From contig OZ024742.1 of assembly GCA_964016885.1 (NCBI GenBank), positions 133,424,001-133,488,000 on the forward strand: a stretch of 64,000 nucleotides of DNA. The letters run 5' to 3'. The notes under the pieces are model-generated. The model did no database searches, was not told where the DNA came from, and saw nothing but the letters and a program-made list of their open reading frames with translations. The position numbers and the translations under genes are program-made. Positions 13,090-26,129 of the stretch are shown here, in pieces; the stretch's first letter is position 1, and the number at the start of each line of letters is the position of its first letter. The DNA is from Eledone cirrhosa. Taxonomy: Eukaryota.

Positions 13090-14073
13090 TTTAATATTGA
13101 ATTGGATGCTGAAACAATCATAACACAACTTGAGCAGGAACAAACCTATAAATACTTAGGGATTAATGAGGGCTCTGGCATACAGAATGCAAGTATGAAA
13201 GAGAGGAAAAGGAAAGAATGTTACAGGAGATAACGTGCAGTTCTGAGATCAGAACTAAACGCGCGTAACAAGGTACTAGTCATAAATTCCTTGGCAGTCC
13301 CAGTTGTCACTTATATATTCGATGTGTTGAACTGGAGTATGAGTGAAATCTAAAGAATCTACACCAAAGTCCGTAAGCTACTGATATGTAATAGGATGCA
13401 CCACCCAAAAGCATGTGGATCGTCTTTACCTTCCTAGAACTCAAGGAGGCCATTACTTGATCCATTTTGAACTTGCTTACAAGACCACCATCATTGGACT
13501 GGCCAAATACCCTGAAACAATTAAAGATTGTACGCTGAAAATTGTTGAAAAGCATGAGAGAATTGAGAAGCTTCATTCTATCTTGAAGGAGAGCAAAACA
13601 TATGCTACTGATCTCATGTTTGATAACCAAGCTGGACAGACTAAAGAAACTGCTGCAACTGATGGTGCTTGGCACATAAAATCAATGGCAAAAGCAAAAG
13701 GGTAGGGACAGTTAGCATCAAATTGGGAGCAGAAACCTCTGCATGGCAAATGTGTGACCCGTAGCAAACAAGCTGATGTTGACCAAAAGCACACCCATCA
13801 GTGGCTATGTAGTTCAGGGCTAAAGGGGGAGAGTGAATGCTTCATCTTAGCTGCCCAAGATCAAAGCTTATTGACTCGTAATTACCAGGCCAATGTGATG
13901 AGAAACGGAGTACACCCAAAGTGCCGATTCTGCAATGCTGGGGCTGAAACAGTGGATCACTTAGTCTCTGGATGTAAAGTTTTAGCACCAGTAGAATACA
14001 AATATAGACATGACAGAGTTAGCCAATATCCACACTGGGTAATATATCGGCATTACAAAATCAAAGCTGAAGA
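13090..14073 (+). mobile_element. R4/Dong-clade fragment, family C, missing both ends
   Basis: YKYLG, DRLYLPR..GG, KPLHG, LK.ESE.FILAAQDQ, CRFC..ETVDHLVSGC, RHD. Confidence 0.88.
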
Positions 14074-14959
14074 CCACCATTGCAAACCACCACTTGTTGA
14101 CGATGGCCTCCGTCAACGCCCGCTTAACTAGTTCGCTAATCCGGTCTCTGTAGGCCTTGCGCGCTGGTAAGGACGCGATTAGCTTCCAGTAGTCGGGTCC
14201 TCGTCTATGAAACCTATCTAAGTCAAGCACACAGCTCACGAATTTGTGGCCCGTGTAGCTGATAATCTTGAATTGTGGACAGCCTATGCTAGACCTATCT
14301 ATTTCCCTACAAAACACTCTATCTAGATATGATCTGGATGACACTATGCCATTTGTCCAAGTCCACATTGGCACATTTGGGAAATCCAATCGGTACCTGT
14401 CAGACAGTTCAAAACGCCTGAGCAGGTTGGTGAGGCTCTTGCACCCTCCTCCCTATCCGCTAATTCCACGCAGTCCCAGCGTGCATCTAAGTTCCCGTTC
14501 CAGTCGCCCACTAACACTAAAGAGCGGGACGTTCCAAGAAAGGTCTCCAGACGCCGGAAGAAATCATGCCGCCCTGTTCCTGTCGGGGCATAGACGGCCA
14601 CTAGCCTGAAAGCTTGCCCGTCTCCGCTGGTCACGTCTAGCACCAACAACTTACCTTCTGGGTCGAAGAATATGGCCCATATGGCGAGATCCAAACCTCT
14701 CCGAAAAAGCACAGCAACTCCGCCCCCCGATCCCGGACGGCTGGGAGATGCGAACACATCGTAGCCGCTGAAGATCGTTGCGAAGGCCCGTGCTTCGGAG
14801 ATTCTGGTCTCGCTGATGGCCACTACATCTATGTTTAGTGACCTGAGGTCGTTCAGCAGGTGGCCCTGCTTCTATGACGACCCCAAGCCACGCGCATTTA
14901 TGCTGCCTATTCTGAGTGAGGTCATGTTGAAATGGAGTGGAAAAGATGGGAAAGACCAC

Positions 14960-17053
14960 TTACCTTACTTCTCGTAGAGGAATGATGGTTTGTCCATCCT
15001 TTTCAGTGCTTGTGGCCTCCTCCGGAAGGATGTCCTTATAAATCCTCCTTGAGAGTGTTTGTCGGAAGTCTCTGATGTCTTTGGGGAATTTTTGTTTTAG
15101 TGTCGTGTACGTTTTCTGTGTGATGCGAGTGATTTGTATGTGTGGAGGTGGTGTGAATTTTTGGGCTGTTGTGTAGTCTTTTGCTGTGATGCTGGTGTTG
15201 TGTTGCATGTAGTGTAATAATTGGTTGTTGTTCAAATTTAATTGTTTCTACTTTAGGCACAAGGCCAGCAATTAACCAGTGCATTACTGGTACTTTATTT
15301 TATCGACCCCGTAAGGATGAAAGGCAAAGTCAACCTCGGCGGGATTTTGAACTCAGATCGTAAAGGGACGTAACTATGCTGGAAAGCATGGCGTCCGACC
15401 CTCTACCGATACTGCCAATAATGCTGTGTAGTGTGTATCGTTTTGGTTGTTTTGTTTTGTTTACGTTTGTTGTGGGTTTGTTTTTGTTACGCTTTTTGGT
15501 GACTTTTGTGGTGTTGGTGATGGTGGTGTTGGGGTTAATGATGGTGATGGTGTTGGTGTTTGTGGTGATGGGCTTGGTGATGCTGGTGTGGATGGTGGCT
15601 TATCTGTCTTAACTTTCTTGTTCGATAATTTATTTTTTTTCCTTTGTATTTTGTTTTTTGAGGGGGAAGGAAGAGAATTTTTTCTTTTTGGGTTTCTTTT
15701 TTTTTCTTTTTTACTGATAACGTTTCCCACTCCTCGGTGTCACAATCTGTCTCCAGTTGCGATAAGCCGGGGAGTGGAAAATCCTACACAGGCGTTGGTT
15801 TTGGTTGTGGCGAGGTGGATGGTGTAGGCGCTGGTGCCAGTTCTGGCGCGTTTGTGTGGTGGTGGCATTGGTTTTGCTACTGTTGCTAGGGTTGTTGCTG
15901 TTACACTTGCTTCTGTTGTTGCTGCTATTTCTGCGGCTGGTGGTGTTGATGGTTGAGTCACTGGGGTGAGTAATAGAGGTGGCCTCAACCTTTTAGCCTG
16001 AGGGCAGAAAGCCATTAGGTGGGTTCCTTCACCACAAACGACACACCTAAATATTCTGCCCTCGACGATTACGGTGAGGTGGCTGCCGTCAGACAGGTTT
16101 ATTACATCTGGGATCTCCTCAATGCTTTTATGGTCCGCTTGGATCAGGAGCTCCATACAAGATCCGGACCAGTTCTCCTGCTTTTCTTTTGCTATTTCTA
16201 TTATTTTGGTGTTGGCCTCGATGCCGGCGAGGACGGCAGCAATTAGCCAGGGAATTTCGATGGCCGGTGGAACGTGGGTCACCCTGATCTTCACAAGTCT
16301 CTGGCCACAATAGCTTGGGATACGTGTGAAGTCGTCATTTCTTAATGGGGCCATGGAGTGTTCTCTTGCCTCCTGTGGTATTTCAAATAACACGTCCACG
16401 GTTCCATACTTCTGCCCACGTCTGATGTGGATTTTTTTTGCCCACACATGTCCCATATCATTTTGGATTTGGGACTCAGATGCCCGTTCCACTCAGCGCG
16501 ATTTTATGTTTATTGTCCGATAAGACACGGTGCATAGGCGTCGTTTGTCCATTGTATTAGGTGGGGGGTGAGGCTGACCCTGTACCCATCTTTCTTTACC
16601 ATTCCTTTGGCTTCGTCTAATTCTTCCTGAGTTTCCTGGATCGCTTCGCACGTTTTTGCTACTCTGGCAAAACTCAGGGTAGTTTTCTTAATTTCATTGT
16701 TGCTGTTGTTATTATCGTTATTTTTGCTATTGTTAATTTTAGTTTCAGTTGTGGTGGTGGTGGCGTCAGTGGTGTTCGGTGGGGGAAGAGTTCATTTTGG
16801 TTGAATTCATTTCGATATCATGAGTTAATTTTTTTTCTTTTGTTTCTGTTGTCGTGGTGGTGGTGGTGGTGGTGGTGGCGGCTTTAACACCTGCAGTCAT
16901 TGGTAATGGCGGGAAATGAACGTCTGCCTGACACAAATTTAAAATATTGCTACTGCTTACAATTCCAGTGTTGTCAAACGTAGCAATATTTACAATGGTG
17001 GTGTCGGTGTGAGGTGTTGGATTGTGAGGAAGGAGTGACTCTGAGTCATCCAT
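14960..17053 (-). pseudogene. LINE ORF1 (gag-like, zinc knuckle, Thr/Pro/Lys-rich), disrupted
   Basis: Fragments 16766-17053, 15740-16492, 15461-15730, 14960-15235; stop lies about 33 nt before the ORF2 ATG at 14926. Confidence 0.8.
15240..15418 (-). mobile_element. SINE inserted in Tx1 ORF1
   Basis: Near-identical to 57221-57399. Confidence 0.93.
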
Positions 17054-17260
17054 TATTGTTCAAAGAAAAATGTTTGTTTGATAATTATAAAAAGTTAAAA
17101 TTTTGGGCTCAAGGCCCCAATATTTTTGAGTGTCCTTTCAATGTATGTGCACTTATATACTGTTAACAATAAAAATCTTCCATGAATGGCAATTTTAAAG
17201 AACTGGAAATAACACACCTTTGCGGAGCTCACGATGATACGATTTACTACGTAGGTCGCC

Positions 17261-17298
<38 letters not shown>

Positions 17299-17305
17299 CA
17301 ATAAT

Positions 17306-17362
<57 letters not shown>
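17261..17362. repeat. (AAT)n microsatellite joining two Tx1 copies head to tail
   Basis: About 34 units. Confidence 0.97.
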
Positions 17363-17364
<2 letters not shown>

Positions 17365-20300
17365 TTTCTTTATTAACCACAAGGGTTTACATAAAGTAGA
17401 CATTAAGGACAGTGCAGGACAATGCAGGACGGTACAAATGGGCATTTCTGCGTGTAAAAAAACAAAAACAGAGGATGTAACAAAAATAACAATGAAAATA
17501 ACAATGAAAAATTCCCCAATAGGGGGGAGACTTCGGAGGGACATTTGTGGAGAAAGCCCAGTAAAAAGCCACAATGACCCTGACCACCAAGGCAAGTGCC
17601 CTCTCCCAGTTTTCCACCTTTAGTTTACAGATATATACTCAGAGTCGGCCCATTCACTCGGGCCATTCTTGCTTCTCTCACCCATCTTTCAACAAAATGC
17701 TGGGAAGAGAGCACTTCTTTCTCTACTCTGATTTTCCTTTTCAAATGAAATTTGAAAAAGTCAATCAGAGCATCACCGAAGAGGTAAGTGCTCGTCTTCA
17801 GCCCTTTCAAACGTGTCCACCATACTATCTCTTTCGCCATGGCCACCAGACAGATAAAAACTGCCTGCCCTTCCCGGCTAAAGGAGGAGGGCGGGGCAAT
17901 CCTCACGATAGACTCAGATGATAGCTGGATCCGTCCCAAACGCGACAGCAGGTGTTCGACATAAACCCACAAGTCAGCAATTTTCGGACACTGGACGAGT
18001 GCGTGCAGGACGGTTTCGTCGCCCTGCGCGCATCTCGGACATGCCCGGCTGACGGCACCTCCATGCCTGTAGAGTTTATCCCGAACTGGCAAGGCTCCTC
18101 GGTAGCACTGCCAGGCCAGAGATTTCTGGAAGTTGTCCATAGGCCCTGGCCCGAAAGTTCTTCCGAAGAGATTGACTAGTTGATTTTCGTCGACGCCTAG
18201 AGTTTCCCCAAGTACGTCGTCGCTCTTCCCCTCCACTAATCCTCTATAGAACGCCGAGGTGGAGTTTCCACCGATCACATTGCCCGATTGGTCGAGGGCT
18301 GTGAGCGCCTGAAGACATTCCAGTCTCCAGGCGCTCCCTCTCGGTCTTCGCTTGACCCAGGACTGCAGCTCCGTCAAGGAAACGAGCTGGGGAAAAACGC
18401 GTCTAGCAAACGGCGACCACACCTGATCACCGTCGAGGAAGAGGTGGAGATGTCGTAGCCTGAGCGCGTGCCTGCGCATCATCAGCCACGGCATGCCCAG
18501 CCCTCCACGTAGCGGGTGTTGACAACAGATGGACCGCCTGACCATCGGAGCACGTCCCTTCCACAAAAAGCGAAAGAGCAAACGCTCCAGCGCAGTCAGG
18601 CGAGGCTTAGGACAAGGTACGACGGTTAGGCGGTAGCAGATGACAGACGCGATGTACGCGTTAGCCACCTCCGCTCGACCTTTCAGGGATAGCTTCCTCT
18701 CCGCCCATTTCTGGGTGAGAGAAGCCACCCTGCTCGTCACCTCGTCCCAGTTTTTGTCCGTCTGGAGGTCCGTCCGAACCAGACCCCTAGCAATTTAACC
18801 GGTCCGTCCGTCCAGCGCCCGACGACGCTGTTGGACGGCATGGACCTGCTTCTCCAGGTGCCGAGCTGCAGGCCCACTGACTTTTCCTGGTTGATCATTG
18901 CTCCTGTCACCGCTTCGTATTCTCTTAGTGTAGTGCCGATCGCCTCGATGTGTTTGGCGTTCGACACCACTACGGTGACATCGTCCGCATATGCTGACAC
19001 GGATCTTCCGCATCCTAGTTCGCGCGGGACTCCCCTCAACGTCTCCAGTTTGTGCAGTAATGGCTCGAGAGTCAATACGTACAAGAGGGACGAGAGGGGA
19101 CATCCTTGGCGGACCGAGCGCATGATGTTGAACGGTTCCGACAGGTGACCGTTCACTCTCACCACAGAGCAGATGTCGCTGTGCATGGCAGCGATCCAGC
19201 CTCTGAAGACGGGCCCAAAGCCAGCCGCCCTCAGGACTGCCGCTAGGTAACGATGGTCGACCCTATCGAAAGCTTTCGACTGATCTAAATTGATCAAGGA
19301 CCCACCCGTGCCAGGTTCCCTAGCTACCCTCTCTACGATGTATCGCATGAGGTGGAGGTTGTCGTGGATGGATCTGTCGGGAATGGCGCATGTCTGCGCC
19401 TCTCCCACCAGACCACCAACGACAAGCGCCAACCTCTTTGCTAGCACCTTGGCCAAAATCTTAAACTCTGTGTTTAGCAGAGTTATGGGCCGGAAATTGT
19501 CTGTGTTATCCCCCTTGTTCGGATCCTTTCTCAGCAGTGCCACCGCTCCTCGGCTCACAGAACTGGGAATTCTCCCGTTCTGTTGCCAGTTGCAGTAGAC
19601 GTCCGCCAAGAGGCCTCCGAACAAGTCTGGCATCTGTACGTAAAGTTCATAGGGCAGACCATCCAAACCAGGCGATTTACCCCTTGTGCAGCCAGTCATT
19701 GCCTCCCGTACTTCAGCGGCTGTTATCGGCTTTTCGCAACACCTCGCCTCAGTGGCCGAGAGCCGCGGCAGTCCGTCGAGGTAGACACTAAAGTCCATCC
19801 CTCTACCCGGCCCCCCGCTGCCCCCGAACAGCTGAGCGAAGTGTCGCTGAAAAGCTTCACACATTTGCTCGGGATCGAGTAGCATGCGCCCGTCGTGGTC
19901 CACCAAAGACCGGATCGTGGCTTTGTTGCCACGACGCGCCTCCGCCACTCGGGCCCATTGAACGGCTTTCGTCCCCTCGTGTCTGAGAGCACGCACCCTA
20001 GCTCTGACAACGCAGCCTTCGTGCTTTGCATTGAAGAATTGGTCAAGGGCCAATTTCGCCGCAAGCACGTCGGTCGCAATGCCTTTGCTAAGCGCCTCGT
20101 CTAATTTTCTAACTAGTTCTCCCTCTGTTCTATTTTTCTCTATTGCTAAAGCCTTACTAAACCTAATCGATTCTATTCTAATCGCTCTTTTCAGAGCAAA
20201 CCACCACTTGTTGTTGACGATGGCCCCCGTCAACGCCCGCTTAACTAGTTCGCTAATCCGGTCTCTGTAGGCCTTGCGCGCTGGTAAGGACGCGTTTAGC

Positions 20301-21127
20301 TTCCAGTAGCCGGGTCCTCGTCTATGAAGCCTATCTAAGTCAAGCACACAGGTCACGAATTTGTGGTCCGTGTAGCTGACTATCTTGAATTGTGGACAGC
20401 CTATGCTAGACCTATCTATTTCCCTACAAAATACTCTATCTAGATATGATCTGGATGACCCTATGCGGTTTGTCCAAGTCCACATTGGCACATTCGGGAA
20501 ATCCAATCGGTACCTGTCAGACAGTTCAAAACGCCTGAGCAGGTTGGTGAGGCTCTTGCACCCTCCACCCCTATCCGCTAATCCCACACAGTCCCAGCGT
20601 GCATCTAAGATCCCGTTCCAGTCGCCCACTAACACTAAAGAGCGGGACGTTCCAAGAAAGGTCTCCAGACGCCGGAAGAAATCAATCCGCCCTGCTCCTG
20701 TCGGGGCATAGACGGCCACTAGCCTGAAAGCTTGCCCGTCTCCGCTGGTCACGTCCAGCACCACCAGCTTACCCTCTGGGTCCAGGAAGATGGCCCGTAT
20801 GGCGAGATCCAAACCTCTCCGAAAAAGCACAGCAACTCCTCCACCCGATCCAGGACGGCTGGGAGATGCGTACACATCGTAGCCGCCGAAGATCGGTGCG
20901 AAGGCCCGTGCTTCGGAAATTCTGGTCTCGCTGATGGCCACTACATCTATGTTTAGTGACCTGAGGTCGTTGAGCAGGTGACCCTGCTTCCATGACGACC
21001 CCAAGCCACGCGCATTTATGCTGCCTATTCTGAGTGAGGTCATGTTTAAAATAGAGTGGAAAAGATGGGAAAGACCACTTACCGTACTTTTGGTAGAGGA
21101 GGGATGGTTTTTACATCCCTTTTCACT
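17363..21127 (-). mobile_element. L1/Tx1-clade LINE, young, 5'-truncated at the end of ORF1, with full ORF2, 3' UTR, AATAAA and (ATT)n tail
   Basis: APE (SINARGL, ISET, VYAP, GDWN, LDR, TDH), WKLN, RT (SPGLDG, FRPITLLN, KAFDRV, VRQGCPLS, YADD), C-terminal CPRC..ETVLH..C. Confidence 0.96.
17625..21043 (-). CDS. LINE ORF2 (APE-RT-Cys-rich), about 1140 aa, split by one 1-bp frameshift near 18772
   Basis: ORFs 18737-21043 and 17625-18740. Restoring one C gives WFGPDLQTDKNWDEVTSR, as suggested by the homologous copy at about 54290. Confidence 0.9.
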
Positions 21128-21159
21128 TGATCGTCTGGTGAAGGGACCGTTGAATAATA

Positions 21160-21570
21160 ATATATATTAAACATACGAACACAAACTCATAGATACTATA
21201 TCAGTAACCACAACACTACCGCTGCCACCACTCCACCACATCCATCATCGCCGCCACCACTCATTCAATGCTACTGACACTATTCCCCTGTTAACTTGAG
21301 AGAGAAAAGGGAAGGTGGTGGTAGCACTAGACAAGAGAGAGGCTAGCAAAAGATATAAATAGATTGACTTGGTGACCTTGCCACGGACAAACGTCTACAT
21401 CAACAATTATGGGACTGCTGGCTCACCCCTTCCTCACCAACAATATAAAAAGCCCCGGCACCACCACCGACATAGCCAGCAGCAATAACAGCCAACTACA
21501 ACAAAAAGTATATTATATTATTGTAATGCACTGGGTGATTGCTGGCCTGGAGTGGAGACAATTATTAATA
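21160..21570 (+). repeat. Spacer segment upstream of Dong family A, homologous to 28444-28870
   Basis: Shared atatattaaacatacg, actagacaag, gaggctagcaaaagatataaataga, gcaccaccaccgacatagcca. Confidence 0.8.
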
Positions 21571-24500
21571 ATTTCATTCTTAAGCCACGCAATGCTCACA
21601 TTAAGGAACCACTCATGATAATAACAATTTAAAAAAAACAACAAAAAGAAAACCCCGTGACCAAGAAATACCGGGATGGCGGCCGGCGGGGAATAGCCAT
21701 GTCTCTAGGGGAGAACGACCCCTCTAGTCTTGGTTGACACTCGTTCTAGAAGTGGTAACACGAAAAGATTACCCCTTGGCGGATAAGGATAAAACGCGAC
21801 AAAATAAAGTAGATGTCTAATGATGAAATCTCATACCGGATCGGCCGTCACCCGGGTAAAAAAGGGCCGCGTCCCTCAGAGAGGAACCAGACTGGGGTCG
21901 AAAAATCAGCTAATGGTTCAAACCTTCCCATCACTTCGGAGCTGGAGACCTCCCATAACCGGAATACTCCTACTGTTGGCCCTCCATGCTCACCACCAAG
22001 AAATCCAAAGAAAAAGAGAGAAAAATGGTCAAGGGAAGATAATAAAGAAGTCCTTGAGGCTTTCTACACTGCCATGTACTACCCATCAAATACATCGAAT
22101 ACAGAGCAAACATATATCAACTGGAAAAAGAAACATCCCGAAAACAGAGGCTATATTGACAGTAACAAACTAGCCAATATACGAAGAAATATTGTAAGAA
22201 AAAAGTTACTAACTGATATAGAAATTGATCAGATCAAGCTAGTAGCACAAAGTCAGCGAAGGGAAAATGAAGCATGTGTCAGTGAAAACGAGGTAAACTG
22301 TAACACTTCGAATCCCAGAGTTGGGGCGGAATCACTGGCAACAGAACAAATTAAAGAAAGGAGCGAAAAAGTGGAGGGAGTGCATGCTCAGGATGAAACT
22401 CCAAATGAAAATAATGAGATCGTAAATGATAAAGAAATGAATGAGAATGAACTTGCCAACTTGAAGGATGAAATTATGATCGAATGGATGAAAATCAAAG
22501 AATCTGACATGGGGGAACGAGACACCCTCCCTAAGATCCAGAACTCCAAACAGAACCAAAAGATAATACACAAGACTAACATAATTCTCAAAAACATTAT
22601 CATCACAAACAAACTAAACATTACTGACTTAAATCATCTCTATTATGCATCGGCTAAAGTCACCACTCACTTATGTGGAGTGAAGATGAAAAAACAAAGG
22701 AATTCCCACAAGAAATCTACTTGGCAAGATAACATCAATCGCCAAATAAACCTTCTCCGATCTGACATAGAAATTTTAACAAACTATAAAGTAGGTGAAC
22801 ATGTTAAACAAACTAAACTTAGAAAATTGAAAAAAAAGTACAGTATAAGATCAACATGTGACATAGACATGCTGATAGAAACAATCAAGCAAAAAGTGTC
22901 GGCCAAAGCTGCTCGTATAAGGCGCTTTGAAAAACGATCTAGATTCTATAAGGACAATAATATGTTCAAAAACAACCAAAGAAACTTCTACAGAAAAATT
23001 GGTAAGTCAACAATAACTGCTAAATCAATACCACCCAAGGAGGAAGTGCAAGAATTCTGGGAAAAGATCTGGGCCGAAGAAAAAGTTCATAACATACATG
23101 CCCCATGGATAGACAGACAAATGAAAGAAACAGCTCACCTTGAAGAACAAACATGGGAAAATATAACAGTTGAACAGCTGCGCTTGGCTCTAAGAAAAAC
23201 CAACAAATGGAAATCCCCAGGAAAAGACAAAATACAAAACTTTTGGATAAATGCCTTCACAGAGTCTCATGAGCTGTTAGCCCAACTTTACAATGAAATA
23301 GTTAAGGAGCCAGAAAAGATACCATCATGGCTAGTTAACGGCATTACATTCCTGCTACCGAAGAATGATGAGACAAACAATCCCAAAAATTACAGACCGA
23401 TAACCTGCTTGACCACAATGTATAAAATGTTAACATCAGTCCTAACTGAATACACATATGACCACCTGATAACAAATGACCTATTTCCCATTGAGCAGAA
23501 AGGGTGTAAACGAGGCTCATATGGCTGTAAGGATCAGCTTCTGGTTAACAAAATGATACTGGAAGATTGTCATAATAGACACAAAAAATCTATCGATTGC
23601 TTGGATAGATTATAAAAAAGCATTTGATAGTTTGCCACACAGTTGGATTGAAAAATGTTTAGAGATTTTCAAAATATCCCCCGTTATCAGGAGGTTTTTG
23701 TCATTCAGTATGAGGACATGGCGAACGACACTCCTTTTGAATAGTGAAACAAAATCACTGGAAGCTGGAGAAGTTAACATTAATTGTGGAATTTTTCAGG
23801 GTGACTCTTTATCACCGCTTTTATTCTGCATCGCACTTATACCATTAAGTAAAATGCTCAATGAAACAAAACATGGATATAGAGTCTATGACAACCATTA
23901 ATCACCTGTTCTACATGGATGACCTGAAACTATTTGCAAAAAATGATGAACAATTGCAAGGGCTATTATCCACTGTGAAGCAGTTCAGTAAAATGGAGTT
24001 TGGACTGGATAAATGCGCCAAAGCAACGTTCACCAGAGGAAAGCTGCTGAAGAGTTCAGACATTAATCTTGATCGGGGGAACGTGATAAGAGAGCTTGAT
24101 CAAGAACAAACTTACAAATATCTAGGTGTTTGTGAAGGAGACGGAATCAAGCACTCGACAATGAGGGAAAGGATAAGGAAGGAATGTTACCGCAGAGTCA
24201 GAGCAATCTTAAGAACGGAATTGAATGCAAGGAATAGGATCGATGCCATAAACACGCTTGCCATACCAGTAGTAACCTACAGTTACAATGTCATCAACTG
24301 GTCAAGCACAGAGATCCGTAGGCTCGATACAAAAATCCGAAAATTCTTAACCATGCACAGAATGCATCACCCTAAGGCAGACATAGATAGAATATATCTC
24401 CCTAGGAAAGAAGGAGGACGTGGGTTAATCCAGTTAGACATTGCGTTGAAAACTGCAACAATTGGATTATCCACATATCTAAGGGAATCACATGATTGGA

Positions 24501-25613
24501 TGATCAAACTCGTTTTGAAACACGAAAGCACCAAAAGATCATATTCCATTACAAAAGATGCACAAAGATACAGTAATGGACTACAAATTTCAGAAGTCCC
24601 ATTTACTGCTGAAATGGAAAACACAGAAAAAGCAAAGCAGGTAAAAGTAACTGCAAAGAAAGAACTGCTACAGAAACTGGCTAAGAAATGGCAAGAAAAG
24701 CCTCTGTATGGAAAATACCCAGAGCGAGCTAACAATCCTGATGTTGACAAAACTTTAACCCATCAGTGGTTGGCATCCTCTGGACTGAAATCGGAGACTG
24801 AAGGACTGATTATATCCGCACAAGATCAGTGTCTGCCAACAAAAAATTACCAAGCCAACATAATAAAAAATGGGTGCAGCCCATTATGCCGTGTATGCAA
24901 AAAACAACCAGAGACCATTGACCATATAATTTCAATGTGCAGTCCTATAGCTCCAACCAAATACCTAAACAGGCATGACAGAGCTGCACAATACATACAT
25001 TGGATAATGTGCAAGCATTTTGACCTGCCCCATCAAAAGAATTGGTGGGAGCATCAACCACCTCCCATACTTGAAAAAGATCACATCTCAATCTTGTGGA
25101 ACTTTAGCATCCAAACAGACCGAAAAATAGATGCAAATAGACCTGATATAATATTGAAGGACTTTCAAAGGAGGGTATGCCTGCTAATTGATTTGTCTGT
25201 TCCAATAGACAAGAATGTATCTATAAAAACATTTGAAAAATTGAGCAAGTATAAGGACCTGGAGATAGAAATTGGAAAAATGTGGAAATTGAGAACTAAA
25301 ACAATACCAGTGGTTGTAGGCGCTCTGGGAATGATACCTAAGGGGTCTAACGACTACTTATCGCAAATCCCAGGAAACCCGCGTATAGGAGAAATACAAA
25401 AGATAGTACTAATGGGAACTGCCCATATACTAAGGAAGATCCTGTCAATATAAGTACATCACAAGTCTAAACACTAAGGATGCATGTGTGAATATGTGTG
25501 TTCTTTCTTGAACATGGCGGACCTTGTTGTCTCTTGAGGTCACTGGTTGTGACTTGGTGATAACTCGTATAAACATAAAGCAAGATAAATGCAAATAATA
25601 ATAATAATAATAA
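21571..25613 (+). mobile_element. R4/Dong-clade element, family A, apparently full length, (TAA)n tail
   Basis: ORF pieces 21813-23615, 23632-23901, 23861-25453; [30 protein letters not shown]....C, RHD, RPD..ID..K..KY; tail (aat)n at 25594-25613. Confidence 0.95.
21813..25453 (+). pseudogene. RT-zinc knuckle-restriction-like endonuclease ORF, about 1210 aa, two frameshifts
   Basis: Frameshifts in A-runs near 23585 and 23893. Confidence 0.92.
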
Positions 25614-25724
25614 GGGAAGAAGACGCACATGGGGGATAGAAGGTCGTGAAATCGCTCCCAAAAGTTTTGATTTTTAACATATTTAAATCAATTGTGAAAT
25701 AACAATTATTAGTACAAATGATGC

Positions 25725-26125
25725 ATAAAGCATCCGGCTTGAGTCCCAAAAAAATTCGGATCAATAATATATTGTTATATCGTTCAAATATTCAATTTTA
25801 TATTATACATTTTATATTCAAAAAAGAAAATGGTTATAAATGGAAGAAAACCCCCTCTGTCTACACTATATAGAACAGCCAAATAACAGCAATTTGACCC
25901 AAACCAGAAACTAGATACACCACCTACCCCATCACCCCTCTGTGTACACTAAACACGAGAGCCAGATAACGGCAATTTCACCAGCACCACCACCAATCTC
26001 AGCATAATAATAGTAATTACTAGTATTATTGTCTCAAGTTTTAACAAAATGTTTAATTCCAATATCAAGGAAATATGTCAACACATATACGCGTCTAACC
26101 CTATAGATTCTCCGATCAAACAAAA
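25725..26125 (+). repeat. Spacer segment homologous to 28093-28490
   Basis: Shared aaaattcggatc, agaaaatggttataaatggaagaaaaccccctctgtctacactatatagaacagcc, aatatgtcaacacatata. Confidence 0.85.
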
Positions 26126-26129
26126 ATAA

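Larger units (their letters stand above)
14074..17260 (-). mobile_element. L1/Tx1-clade LINE, 5' portion (5' UTR, ORF1, APE start of ORF2), with a SINE insertion
   Basis: ORF1 with CCHC knuckle CVVCGEGTHLMAFC; 14081-15010 is highly similar to 20197-21127; 5' end abuts (ATT)n. Confidence 0.9.

Noticed and set aside
18795-20956. Many overlapping alternative-frame and antisense ORFs
   Set aside because: By-products of the GC-rich LINE ORF2; no recognisable motifs.
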